Origin: Macrostomum lignano
Lineage: Eukaryota
DNA: 64,000 bases
Assembly (NCBI GenBank): GCA_002269645.1
Contig: NIVC01000903.1
Coordinates: forward strand, 334,459-398,458
Direction of reading: 5' to 3'
A program made the position numbers and the translations under genes. The notes below the pieces were generated by a model. That model was given only the letters and a program-made list of their open reading frames with translations, ran no database searches and was not told the DNA's origin. Positions within the stretch are counted from its first letter, which is position 1; each line of letters opens with the position of its first letter. Below are positions 26,101 through 38,949 of the stretch, piece by piece.

Positions 26101-29100
26101 TAATGCGCCCGACCTCATTAGCATAATGCACGGGCCTCATTTGCCTGTTTTGAGTCGGGAAAATCTGCAACCAAGAATCGAAATTCCGCGCACCGCCTGT
26201 CAAAGGCGCTCGCATATGAAATTCAATAATGCAAGTTTTTTTCACTCGCACTAACCCTGGGCCCTATAGAGCCAGCATAGCAACTAAAACTGCGGTGATG
26301 CAATTGCGTTAGAAACCAGTCGGCTGCTTCAAACCTCTTGAATTATTATACAATCTGGAGAGCTATAATGCGGTAACAAACTTTACTCTGCGGCAGGCAT
26401 TCCAGCTATGGGAATCTGGCGGCTGCTCTCTCCAGGTGATGCGCGGGAGAGATAGGAGGGAAGGGACAAGAGAGATAAACAGAGAGAGAGGTAGAGAGAG
26501 AGAGAGAGAGTCTCCTGAAAACCCAGAGGCTCCCGGGCCACCCGGAACGGGAGCAGCAGCAGCCGCAGATTGAGAATCAAGCGGACACACACGCACACAC
26601 ACACTAATCTCGCCAAGCCAGACCCCTCACCTCGATACCCTAAGCTATACATGGGAAATCGATGCTCAAAGTGTGAGCTTCTGTCTGCGACTGGACCCTT
26701 CAATCTCTCCCTCTCTCTCCTCACTCTCTCTCTCGCGCGCGCTGCAGCTCAATCGTTATCGGACCGGGACCAGAGTTTCCCACCCCAGCTGGTTGGCCAC
26801 CGCATGCGGTATATATTATCTTTAGCTAAGGGAAATTTCTGCCTTTTGGTTGGAAGCGCGCGTGTGCACGGTTGGACTGGCCCTGACTTGCTCGGCAATC
26901 CGGGCCCCGAGGCCCAGCAGCTGGTCCAGGCCGACTGCTCGCGCTTCAGTCGCCAATTATCGTTGTTGGTGCAACCTGCAATCTAAAACTATAGGGATGA
27001 AGGAGTAGAGAGGGAAAGGGGAAGAGGGCAACACAGATTTTCTTCTCGACTTGCTCCTGTCGGCGCGTTGCCAGAGCCTTTGCGCACACTTTCCCTATAT
27101 TTATTGGACGTCAAGATCTGTCATCGCAACACTTGACTTGACAACCGTCTGGAGGGAGATGGCGGATTGAGATGGCGAAGTGACGTCAGCTGAAATATTT
27201 AGACGGCCAAGAAACCAATGGGTCCGATGCTTAGCAAAACTAATTAGAATTAATCTGCAGGCAAGGCAAAAGCGCAGTGTGGCAGCCGAATCGACTTTAC
27301 GGCTCGTACTATAAAGAAAACCAGTATGCTACAATCTGCTTTTTTATGCCCCAAGCGAGAGGAGTGCTTGTTACTGTATAGTTTTCCGCCACCGCTGTGC
27401 GCCTTGCAATTTCCTTTTATTCACTGTTTTTCTTCTTCCTTCTTCTAGGAGCAGAGTTTTTTCTTAAAAAAAAGTTAGAGAAGTCGCGCGACTCGCGGGC
27501 CTGAGACTCCAGTCATTTATGATCTCTCACGGGTTGGAATGAAAGCAGCTTAGGTAATTAATTCCATCACCTGCTGCTGGTCATAAATACATGAAAGTGA
27601 AAGCTGATACAGCCGCCCCGCCTCCTGCCGCACTCCTCTCTGCCTCTGCCTACTGTTGGAATCCAGAAACACAGCGGCAAAGGCGACACAAAATAAAACT
27701 GAGCAGCTCCTCCCATTTCAGTCGATCGCGTGGCACACAGCAAGTGGCGACAACGCGGATTTTAAACTGGATGCTTGACTTTGGGAAAATTTTAGAAAAG
27801 ATCATTTTTAGGATATAGGACTGGTAGTTGGTAATGCTATTAGTCCCTAGATAGGTCTGTTGAGTTGTCTCTCGGAACCTCTCCAGATCTTTCTGTAGAT
27901 GCATGGATTTCTCTCTAGATATTTCTCTAGACATATCTCAAGTCCTGTATCTATATCTATAGATGTCTAACTAGATCTCTATATATTTACCTAGGTATCT
28001 AGATGTCTGTCTACCTATATGTCAAGATGTCTACCATATTTCTAGTTGCCTACCTACATCTCTAGATGTCTACCTAGATCTCTGGATATCTACCTACATC
28101 TCTAGATGCGTACCTAGGTGTCTAGATATGTACCTACCCAGAATACCTCTAAAATTCTAGCCAGCTCTTTTAGAGGACTACCTATATCTCTAGATGTCTA
28201 CCTAGATCTCTGGATATCCCTTTCTCTAGATTTCTACTCAGATCTTTTATATGATTTTTTATGAGTACCTATGTCTCTGAGTGTGTAGATATTCCACTAG
28301 ATATCGCCCTAGAGTTCTTCTAGATCTCCAAAACTTTATAAATCGACAACAAAAGTTGCACGAGTTCGAAAAACGCCTCAAAGAGAAGGTTGTGAGGAAT
28401 TATCTGGGCTGCGAACAGTCGAGCAGACGGGCGGCACATCAGGCTTTCATGTCAGGCCGTCCCTTCTGCCTTCCCAATCCATCATGCCTCTATGAAACAC
28501 AGGGAGAAAAGGGGGGGGGGCTTCGGGACAAAGTCTATAGCAAGGGGGTTGGGGATTTTCGGGAAGCGACACTATATATAGCTGCTAGCGCGCATACGCT
28601 AGCTGACACCTGGAGATAAGGAGGAATAAGGCGGGCAGGGCTTTATGCTGTAGAGGACAAAGTCACTCTTGGCGATAGGGAGGGGGGTGGCCCGTTAGCT
28701 GGTGGTGGTCGCCCAGTTCCCCTCATATTTCATTTTTTATCGCTTTCTAGAAGACGGAGCGAGCGAATAGCGGCTTCTGGCTTTCTTTTTGACTTGGATT
28801 TCTTGGCCGCTTGTGTCTTTAATAGCATGCGCGACACCATTGGCGTTAATAGCCGCGGGTCCAGCGGGTCCAGCGCTGTTCTCTGCTTGTCAGCTCGCGG
28901 ACGACCAAATATTTGACTTGGCAGTAAATGCCACAAATCGGGACTGCATTCCAAATTTTTGTCATTATTTTTTGTATTAATGTCCTATGAATAAAGACAG
29001 AAACCATAGTTCTTGCGGCAATATCAGTTCGCGCTTATCGACATCTCCATCGTCCACTCCTGTCCGTGTATTCTTCCCCTTCTGTCTGTGTATTCTTCCC

Positions 29101-32100
29101 CTTCTGTCTGTGTATTCTTCCCCTTCTGTCTGTGTATTCTTCCCCTTCTGTCTGTGTATTCTTCCCATCCTGTCTGCGTATTTTTCCCATCCTGTCCGTC
29201 TATCCGTTCTATCCCTTCTCCCATTGTATTGATATTCCATCTCTTCAATATCAAGCCGAGACACAATAGGCTGTCACGTGGCCAAAGCAGGCAGGCACTC
29301 ATGAAGGCCAGCAAGAAAAATAAGAAGCAGAAGAAGAAGCAGAAAAGTTTTCTTTCCCAATTTTATTGAGCGAAATGGTGGGAGGAGCAGCTCAAGCAAA
29401 TCTGCTCTGCTCCTAAAAGCTCTCAAGGCTTGTTATGCGCTTTTTAGCTCTTATATTAAGCATAAGACTCATTAGGAATTTATATACTAAAAACAATTTT
29501 TCTCAGCCTATGCAACTTCTCTGCACTTCAGTTCCGCGTACTACACTTACCTGGGCACATAGCAATGTAATCTGCAGGCTATATAGCTCAATGTAACTTG
29601 TTTCATGCAAAACATTTGAATGGGTTGCGCAAATTTTAGACCAACTGAAGACAGAAAAACGCCCCCAGGCTCTGTTCTGCATATCCCAGAATCCCTCGCC
29701 TCATCCTATTGTTTTTCCTTCTAATTTCCTTTTTTGGCTCTAAATTAGGAAAAGTCAGTCGAGCATTGAAATTGCCCGTGTGTGTGTGTTGTTTACTCCT
29801 CAATGGTTTTTGCCTAAATATTTTCTCAAGCAGAAATTTTCAGCGCCTGCAAAAGCAAAATTGAATATAGAATAAGAAATTACTGCTCATATCTGTCTGC
29901 ATGCACTGTGTGTGGCCTGCGTGCTTCTATACTCAAAATCCTTAGAAGACTTAAGGCTCAGCAGGGTGCATGAAGTCACAGCCAGCGCAGCACTGCCTGC
30001 AGCATAGGCACAAAAAGAGCAACTGCCGAGTAACAGAAGAAAAGAAAAAAGTGTCAGTTTTGCGTTTCTTCATCTTTTCTCTGTCTATAATATCTCAACC
30101 GTTGGCTAATACTTGAGCACGTCCCTCTGACAGAGAATAAGATACAGATTTCAGAGACTGTCTGCTATATGCATCGCGATGGGACACTATATGGCACTGT
30201 CAGCTGCAAAGTATATAGCAAGCGTGATACCTGTGCCTTAAGAGTGTATATAGAGATATATATAAAGTCTGACGGGCCATTTCAGGTGTGAAGAGAACTG
30301 CCTGTCTGCCATGCAGTAACTTAGAAAGTGAAGCTCAGCAGGGGGTTTCGGTGGCTGCTGCCAGGCCACTTAGAGGGTCCCTGGTCGGGTCTCAGCAGTT
30401 TCTATATATCTACTCGTATCTTCGTATCCCTTCTCACCCACTCTCACTCGCCTATATGATCGTCTCATCCAGCCATCTGTCCATGAATGCATCCAAGCGG
30501 CTATGCTCTACGCACTTGCATTTATTTATCAACGACAAGTTCTCCTAGCAGAAGTGACGTCACATCTCCGGGGGAGGGGGGGACGGGGTTCCTGCTCGAC
30601 AACATGGCGGCAACAGCTCACTCTCAAGTCTAATTTTAATCTTGCGATCTCCTCCCGTGCGTAAACTGACAGACTGGGCGGTGGTGAGTGCAAATTTGCA
30701 TAAATTTAGCATCGAACAGCATCGATATTCGAGTAGCCATGGTCGGGGGACCATTTTTTGTTGTTTGGGCGGGTTTAAAAAATAAATTTAGATTACTAAC
30801 AGATCGGAACGGATTTCCATCAGATGAGGGGCGGATTTCCATCAGATAAGGGGCGGATTTCCATCAGATGAGGGGCGGATTTCCATCAAATGAGGGGCGG
30901 ATTTCCATCAGATGAGGGGCGGATTTCCATCAGATGAGGGGCGGATTTCCATCAGATGAAGGGCGGATTTCCATCAGATGAGGGGCGGATTTCTATCAAA
31001 TGAGGGGCGGATTTCCATCAGATGAAGGGCGGATTTCCATCAAATGAGGGGCGGATTTCCATCAGATAAGTTCCATCAGATGAGGGGCGGATTTCCATCA
31101 GATGAAGGGCGGATTTCCATCAGATGAGGGGCGGATTCCCACCATTTCAGAAGCGGTTTTGCATTAGATGAAGGGCGGATTTTCATTAGATGAGGGGCGG
31201 ATTTCCATTAAATAAGGGGCGGATTTCGGGAAGTTAAATTATGGAGTCAATGCAGACTGAATCCAAAGCTCACCAGTCCTGCCTCCTCGGCCAGTTTTGT
31301 GCGCCATCTGCTGGTGATGAAGCTGCCCAGCCGCTGCCTGCTGCTGCTGCTGCTGCTGCAGGAAGTCCTGCCTGAGCATGGGGCCGCACCTGCTGCTGAC
31401 GTAGTCCTGCTTGCAGACAAATTTGTTCTCGTCGAACACGACCAGCTCCTCGCCCGTGATGAGCTGCTTTCGGCACACCATGCAGGTGAAGCAGCCCAGG
31501 TGGAACACTTTGTTGCGCGCCTTTCGAACCAGATCGTTCGGCGAGATGCCCTCCGAGCAACCGGCGCATTTTGTGCCAAATCGCCTGCGAGGGAAGGCGA
31601 GGAATGAGGGGGGGGGGGGGGTAAATGAGACTGGGCGTGTGCTCCTGGCTTTGATGAGTTGAAGTTTTGTAAAAGATAAGATAGGGATAAACTGAACGAA
31701 AAGAGTTTAAAAGAAGAAGAGAGGAAGCGAGAATTAGGGAGAGAAGAGAGGCAGAGAGGAGAGAGTAGATTAGAAGTAGAGACTCGAAAGGTATAGAAGT
31801 AGAGAGGTGAGGTAGAGAGGTGAGGTAGAGAGGTGAGGTAGAGAAGTGAGGTAGAGAGGTGAGGTAGAGAAGTGAGGTAGAGAGGTAGAGAGGTAGAGGT
31901 AGAGGTAGAGAGAGGTAGAGAGAGGTAGAGAGGTAGAGAGGTAGAAGTAGAGAGGTAGAGAGAGGTAGAGAGGTAGAGAGGTAGAGAGGTAGAGGTAGAA
32001 GTAGAGAGGTAGAGAGGTAGAGGTAGAGAGGTAGAGAGGAGAGAGGAGGGAGGAGAGAGGCAAGCAAAGGAAAGATAAAGAGAACACAGGTAGACAGAAG

Positions 32101-32443
32101 AGACTCGAGACAGACGGACAGACAGAAGTAGAGAGAGGCAGAGAGAGGGTAGAGGGAGATGCAGTTGCAGACATATACAAGAAAGCACAAGGGGAGAATG
32201 CCCAAGCCTCGAGTGTTGGAGTGGAAAGCAGAAGAACTGAAACACGGGTCTCAAACGCAAGCTCAGTGCTGACCTGAAGAAGTCGGCTCGGCAGTAGAGG
32301 CGGCCATCTCTGCTGAAGCATTTGTCGCTGAGCTCCTGACCGCAGTCGCTGCACTGCAGGCAGGCCGCGTGCCAGGACTGGTCCAGCACGCTCAGCAGGT
32401 ACTGGTCGAATATCTGCCGGTTGCACCCGGCACAGATCACCAT
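20135..32443 (-). CDS. lhx1/5: LIM-homeobox transcription factor, Lhx1/5 (Lim1/lin-11) class. Exons 32443-32274, 31584-31274, 25840-25077, 23967-23799, 22664-22531, and 20397 (or 20386)-20135
   Basis: LIM1 [28 protein letters not shown]...; LIM2 RFGTKCAGC...[16 protein letters not shown]; homeodomain [47 protein letters not shown]|[18 protein letters not shown], characteristic of Lhx1/5. Splice phases 2,1,0,1 are consistent. The last junction is ambiguous. Confidence 0.95.
22690..23765. repeat. 24-bp intronic minisatellite (GTCTATGGTAGCTATTCCCATCAT)n in Lhx1/5 intron 4
   Basis: Tandem unit visible; it generates the 409-414-aa pseudo-ORFs. Confidence 0.97.
27880..28330. repeat. Degenerate tandem repeat rich in TCTAGA/CTACCTAGAT
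   Basis: Recurrent CTAGATGTCTACCTAGATCTCT-like units. Confidence 0.6.
29060..29210. repeat. 22-bp pyrimidine-rich minisatellite
   Basis: Unit GTGTATTCTTCCCCTTCTGTCT. Confidence 0.9.
30805..31232. repeat. 22-bp intronic minisatellite (CAGATGAGGGGCGGATTTCCAT)n with a GC-box in most units
   Basis: Period 22 (30821, 30843); begins ~40 nt after the Lhx1/5 exon 2 donor. Confidence 0.95.
31790..32065. repeat. Purine-rich simple repeat (AGAGGTAG variants) in Lhx1/5 intron 1
   Basis: Direct observation. Confidence 0.9.
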
Positions 32444-32924
32444 GGCTTTGCTGGTTGCTATGCAGGCGGTGTTAGCTTGGAAGCCAGCCGGATAACTTTC
32501 CCTTTTCTTATAAGCTCGTGCGAAGCACTTGCGTCTCTAATTCTGTCTCAACTCTCTGCCCCTCTGCCAGGCGTTTTTAGAGTTGGCCCAAGCCCGGTAA
32601 AGTCTTGAGTGGCCGGAGCTAAGGGCCACTATGGGGCCAAATATTGCTTGCACTGGACTGGGCCGGTCGCTTCATTGGCGGGCGCGGGCCTGGGAGGCTG
32701 GGTTGGCGCTGGCCCGGATTGGCCTGGCCGGAGCTGGGCTTCCCCGCCTCTCGCTCCCCAGCCAGCCAACTCTTATTGCGATTCTTCCCTAGCTGGTGGA
32801 ACAGGATGGGGGCAGCTGCCCCCTCTCAAATGATGCTTAACTGCTATGGGGGGGTGACCCATCTAGGGGAGATCAAGGTGGTCAAAGACCCCTGCAGGAC
32901 AAAACACAAATACATGCGTTTAAT

Positions 32925-33832
32925 ATGGCACATAATTGGCGCTAGAATCCCGTCTATGGCGCTTAATTGGCGCTAGAATCCCGTCTATGGCGCTTAATTG
33001 GCGCTAGAACCCCGTCTATGGCGCTTAATTGGCGCTAGAATCCCGTCTATGGCACATAATTGGCGCTAGAATCTCGTCTATGGCACATAATTGGCGCTAG
33101 AATCCCGTCTATGGCACATAATTGGCGCTAGAATCCCGTCTATGGCACATAATTGGCGCTAGAATCTCGTCTATGGCACATAATTGGCGCTAGAATCCCA
33201 TCTATGGCGCTTAATTGGCGCTAGAATCCCGTCTATGGCGCTTAATTGACGCTAGAATCCCATCTATGGCGCTTAATTGGCGCTAGAATCCCGTCTATGG
33301 CACATAATTGGCGCTAGAATCCCGTCTATGGCGCTTAATTGGCGCTAGAATCCCGTCTATGGCGCTTAATTGGCGCTAGAATCCCGTCTATGGCACATAA
33401 TTGGCGCTAGAATCCCGTCTATGGCGCTTAATTGACGCTAGAATCCCATCTATGGCGCTTAATTGGCGCTAGAATCCCGTCTATGGCACATAATTGGCGC
33501 TAGAATCCCGTCTATGGCGCTTAATTGGCGCTAGAATCCCCTCTAGTGCGCTTAATTGGCGCTAGAATCCCGTCTATGGCACATAATTGGCGCTAGAATC
33601 CCGTCTAGTGCGCTTAATTGGCGCTAGAATCCCGTCTATGGCGCTTAATTGGCGCTAGAAACCCGTCTATGGTGCTTAATTGACACTAGAATTCCGTCTA
33701 GTGCACTTAATTGGCGCTAGAATCCCGTCTATGGCGCTTAATTGGCGCTAGAATCACGTCTATGGCGCTTAATTGGCGCTAGAATCCCCTCTAGTGCACT
33801 TAATTGGCGCTAGAATCCCGTCTAGTGCGCTT
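32925..33832. repeat. 31-bp minisatellite (TAATTGGCGCTAGAATCCCGTCTATGGCGCT)n, ~29 copies, upstream of Lhx1/5
   Basis: Period 31 (32933, 32964). Confidence 0.97.
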
Positions 33833-34709
33833 GAACATAGATGATTAAAATGAATTGCAGCAAAGGAAAGTTATCCCAAATTGAGTGAGAAGATGCTGTG
33901 TCTATCTTTTTGTGTATAAAAAATAATGGATTACAGACAAAACATGAGGAAAATTTGGGATGGGGCAGCCCCATGCAGTGTCCTGCAGGTAAGCGAAGCG
34001 AACAAAGAGGCTTCCAGGCATAAATATAAAGTTTATATTTGTCTTTTCAAGCATACACCATAGGTGGCCAATGCGTGGCCTTTTCTGCATATGCAAAGTG
34101 AACAAGTTGAGCAGTTTTACGACGTCAGAGAAAAATATAATATAATAATGTGATGCTGAAGCAATACCCGACAACAATATAGACTTGCAGCCGTCAGAGA
34201 CTGCATTGTGAGCTCTGTGCGTCATGTGAAACCGAAGCACAGGGGGTACACATGTACAAGGTGCAGTGCGATTCAAACGATGCCAAAGAACTAGTGTCAT
34301 AAAAACTGGCTGCCCTTAGTAGTTGCTCCAGCCCCTGCACACAGCAACACTTCTGAGCGGCACCTCTGTTATGCATTGGCTTCAATATGCCTGCAATATT
34401 GACCAATCTTTTTGCTCAATATGAGATTTAAAAAGAGCTCGTATGGCTATTGTACTCAGAAACTGCAGTCTCTTTTTATTTGACACCTGAATTTACACCT
34501 CAAACCCCTCAAGATGCAGAGCCTCACAACTGACTGAAGCTTTAGCTCGTACACGGGTGACGTTCGAAAAATTGGTTAAAATAAACAATGAAAAGTTTGC
34601 TGAAAGCGCGAGAACTTACATTTCTACTAACAGTAGAGAAGTTGAGATTTTTCCCATTAAAATGGGGTGTACAACAATGCGTATATTTTTTCGTATATTT
34701 TTTGCCTTA

Positions 34710-34757
<48 letters not shown>

Positions 34758-37540
34758 AATACGCGTCTCAGCATGCAAGGTTAGAGCAGGGTGCGTCAGA
34801 TGGCGCGTCGCAGTCAGTAGCCCTCTTTCCGGATCACGTGACCCACCAGTTGAAGTCGCCGCCGGCGTAGGATAATGGACGCGCGCTGCAGCTTGGCCCG
34901 ATCGTATAAGGTCTCGGTCCCGATTCTCTCATTAGCTCGAAAGGCCGCACGGAGCAGCCCTGAGTGCGCCGAGTCTAGCTGCCCCTCCAGCGTAGCCGTC
35001 AGCGTCCACGTCTCGGCGTTGTAGAGCAGGACGGTTTCGACCACCGCCTTCCACAGCCGAGCAGGAGGACGGCTCGGATCGAAGGAAAGGCCGCCCAGGC
35101 AAGTCCTCTGCGCCGCCGGAGGTCTTCTCCACGTGAGGCACCAGACCGCCGAAGTAGGTGAACCGCTGGCAGCATGCGAGCCTGGTCGTCTGCCCGTCTG
35201 CGCCGCGGCACGTCAGGTCTGCTGGGATGTCGGCCGGCACAGTCGGTACCTCAGTCTTCAGCATGTTGACAACCAGACCGACGCTCGATGCCACTTCGAC
35301 CAGCCTGTCGATCTGGCGCTGGGCGCCTTCAATGGACGAGGACAGGAGGGCGAGGTCCTCGGTATCGCCAAGCACGCCCAGGCGCTTTTCGCCGTGGCGC
35401 CGACCGATGCGTCTGGGCAGCGGGAAGCCGTCGACAGTCGAGGGGAGTGGGGTCCGAAGCACCCAGTCCAGCAGCAGCACGAAGAGGAACGGCGCTAGCG
35501 TGTCGCCCAGCAGAACTCCTGATGAAGTGTCTAACAGGCCGTCTGCCGTCACCACAGCAGTTTGAGTATCGCAATAAAGCGCCATGACAGCGTCGATTAG
35601 CTGCTGGGGTATCCGGTAGGCTCGAAGGACAAAGGGAAGCGCGGCCCTCAACACCGAGTCAAACGCCTTTCGAAAGTCAACGAAGACAATGATCAGCGTA
35701 GACTGGCGGATGCGCGCCTCCTCGATGACACGGCGGAGTGCGAGGATCCGTGTCACTGTACCGCGTTGCGGCTGGAATCCGTTCTGATCGTACCGCAGGT
35801 ACGGGTCCAGCACCGACTGCAGACGATCGAGCAGCAGCCGGTTGAAGAGCTTTGCGGTGCAGGACATTAGCGAGATCCCGCGGTGGTCTTCTTTCCGCGT
35901 TGTCCCTGCCTTCTTCGGGATCGGCACGATGTGCGCGACGGTCCACTCGGTGGGCGCAGGAGCGCCGGCGAGCACGCGGTTCATGACGCCTGTGACCTGG
36001 GAGGCCACACAGCGGAGCCGCAGCGCTTCGACCGGGACTTCGTCGGGGTCGAGCACCTTGCCGCCAAGTGATTTTCGAGCGAACAGCACAACGTCCTCCG
36101 TGGTGAGTCCTTCTCAGCTGGGAGCGGCGTGTCCAGTGGGAGCGCAAAGCTGGCGTGCAGCGGCGAGCGGGCGCGTTTACAACAACACAACAACAAAAAA
36201 TACATTGTCAGCCAGTCAAGCTTGGGACAATGTCACATGGCACATTTCAAGGCCTGGGCGCGAACGTCGGTCGCACCGCTGGCAGTGTCCGGGGCGCCGG
36301 CATCAGCCAGCGGGCAGCGCGTTCACGATGCTGGCGAAGAAGTCGCGCAATTCATTCTTGCGCTCCTCCGGGGTGTCGCCGGCCAGGTTCAGCGCCACGC
36401 GCTTTTGCGCCCCGTCAGAGTCCGGACGGCCGTCCACACTGCGCGGCTCTTCGAGTCGGGGCCGGCTGAAGTGATGGTCCGGACGGCGTCGTCGACAGCA
36501 ACCTGCTGCCGCTTGTCTAGAAGGTGCTCAAACGCGTCTTCAGCGTCGCCCGTAGGCCGCCGATTTCTGCTGAGTCGCTCGATGTTGAGCCGCGCTTGCC
36601 TGATGGTCGGGTCGCTCTGTTAGACTGGCAGCGATTTCTGCGCTGGCCGCATCAGCGAGACCGTCTGCTCCGCAGCGGCTCTAACGGCGGTGCTGATGTC
36701 GGAATACTCCGCCTCGCGCTGGTCTCCAAGCGCGCCGACGAAGGCGCCCGCGAACTGACGCTTGACGCGGGTGTCCAACAGAGCGCGATAGTAGCGCCGT
36801 GGCCGCTGCTTTGGCGGTCGGTAGAGCTGGTCGCGGAGCCGCAAGTCGCAGAGCAGGAGTCGGTGGTCTGACCGGAGAGCCAGCGGAGCCATGGCGGCGC
36901 TCGCGAGTGCGAACCAGCGCATGATCGAGTTGCGCCAGTCTCCTCGTGGCGTTCCGCCCGCGTGCGTCCCGCCGCCTTCTCTTGCAGCCAGCAAAGGTGA
37001 CCAGGCGGGCAGGGGCTTGCGGAACTGGGTGTTCGCGGACACCAGGGTCACAGCCGGTCAAGCAGGTCCTCCAGTGCATCGGTGTTGGCGCTCTCGCGTC
37101 CCGCAACAAAGGGCGAGCGCTCTGACCTTTGCGGGACTGCGTTCAGGTCTCCGAGCACCGCCAGCGTGTTGCGGTTTGGCACCTCTTCCAGCTGCCCAGC
37201 CAGGAAGTCGAAGAAGGCGCGAGCCTCCTCGGGGTGAGCAGCGGTAGGTGCATACGCGCAGAACAGCCGAATGCAGTAGGCGCGCAGTCGCAGGTCGACC
37301 CGCATCAGTCGCAGGAACAGCGAAGTGCAATGCACGCGCTGCTGAAGGCGCGGTCCAATCAGTACGCCGACACCGCCCCGGCCGCGGTCGTCTGCCGACG
37401 TGTACAGGAGGCTCCAGCCGGCTCCGAGGTCCTCAGAGTGGAGCCCCGGCTAAGCCACGATAGAAACCCCCTGCAGCAAGATGAGGTCCAGCTGGACGAG
37501 AATGATGCGACGCCAGGGGGCCTTCAGAGTACGGCTGTTC
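34710..37540 (-). mobile_element. Decayed RTE-type non-LTR retrotransposon (APE endonuclease + RT) with a (TTG)n 3' tail
   Basis: APE fragments RLGTMNSRTL, FCAYAPT, LGDLNA; RT HRGISLMSCTAKLFN, QNGF, DFRKAFDS; C-terminal RRRLQLVGHVIR. Fragments lie in several frames, and QG and YADD are mutated (LLGDTLAP, GDTEDL). Confidence 0.9.
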
Positions 37541-37549
37541 ATTGTGCCG

Positions 37550-37925
37550 AGTCTGAGGCGCGGCCACCTGACTTTTAACTCATTTCATTACCCTCAACTC
37601 ATGGCCTTTCAGCTTATTTCATTACCCTCAACTCATGGCCTTTCAGCTTATTTCATTACCCTCAACTCATTGCCTTACAACTCATTTCATTACCCTCAAC
37701 TCATTGCCTTTCAGCTCATTTCATTACCCTCAACTCATTGCCTTTTAACTAATTTCATTAACCTCAACTCATGGCCTTACAACTCATTTCATTACCCTCA
37801 ACTCATTGCCTTACAACTCATTTCATTACCCTCAACTCATGGCCTTTCAGCTGATTTCATTACCCTCAACTCATAGCCTTACAACTCATTTCATTACCCT
37901 CAACTCATTGCCTTTCAAGTCAACT
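37550..37925. repeat. 34-bp minisatellite abutting the 5' end of the RTE element
   Basis: TTCATTACCCTCAACTC recurs with period 34. Confidence 0.93.
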
Positions 37926-38255
37926 CATTGCTTTCAGCAGAGTTCTTTGAATGGAAAATATGTCAGTAGCTTCACCCTTTCTCTTCAAGGCAAAAAGTTT
38001 GAATTGCATATACTAAGGTAGATAAGCCTCAACGCAATCAGTCACACAGGCAGAACTCTCCAACGCACATAACGGCCAACAGTCGCCATAAATTACAAAT
38101 CTATTAATTGGCACAGATAAAATTGTCATTAAGACAGACGGGGTGCACGTGTCCAGCGATTTCTAGCGTATGTCATAACCAACCGGGACCAATTTTTTTG
38201 TCTATGGCAGAACCCCATTCAGCGCTGTGCGAACCCCATGCCGACTGCAGTTCTT

Positions 38256-38290
<35 letters not shown>

Positions 38291-38856
38291 TTCGCCCACC
38301 TCTCGTCCAATCAAACCAATTTTAAAATTGTGAAAATAATGGCCGCTCAAAAGTGGTGTGCTGGGTAAAAATTCTATACTGCATTTTAGCCATTGACTCT
38401 GAAGCTAATTTCGATAAAAGTGAGAGACAAGCCAGATCTCCTATGGTGCTCAAGCCTATAAGCTAGAGTAGACGATTGGGGGGTGGGGCTTGGGTGCTGT
38501 ACGCGCACGGGCGCAGCCGCGCGTTGCAAGCACCCCCCCTTTCTAAAACAAACATGGGCGATGAGCACAGCATAGAAAGTGCAGCATAGAATGCTCACAG
38601 AAGTTTGTCAAACTCATTTTCAGTGACATAAAATACCACTGATACTAAAAACCACACTATCTCATAGTCATCATGGAATTCGCATGGAGTCTTTAAATAG
38701 GGGGGGGGGTTCGGCCAAGTGTTGTTCTTCCAATCGTCTGGCTCCAGCAGTCCTTGGCCTGGCAACGGGTGAGATTAAGTGTCTACCCGAGTGGACCAAT
38801 GATAGGCACGGGAGAGAGAGAGAGAGAGAAACGACTCTCCAGACTGAGAGGCCGCG

Positions 38857-38892
38857 TATAAATACGACTAAGGCTCAGTGAAGAGCCAGTTA
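38857..38892 (+). promoter_or_regulatory. Candidate TATA box and initiator of the amidase gene
   Basis: TATAAAT at 38857; Inr-like CCAGTT with A at 38888 (31 nt downstream); ATG at 38950. Confidence 0.4.
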
Positions 38893-38949
38893 ATTAATTT
38901 AAATCTGTTGAGTCGACACTGTAATCAACCAACGAAAGCAAACTGCAAG

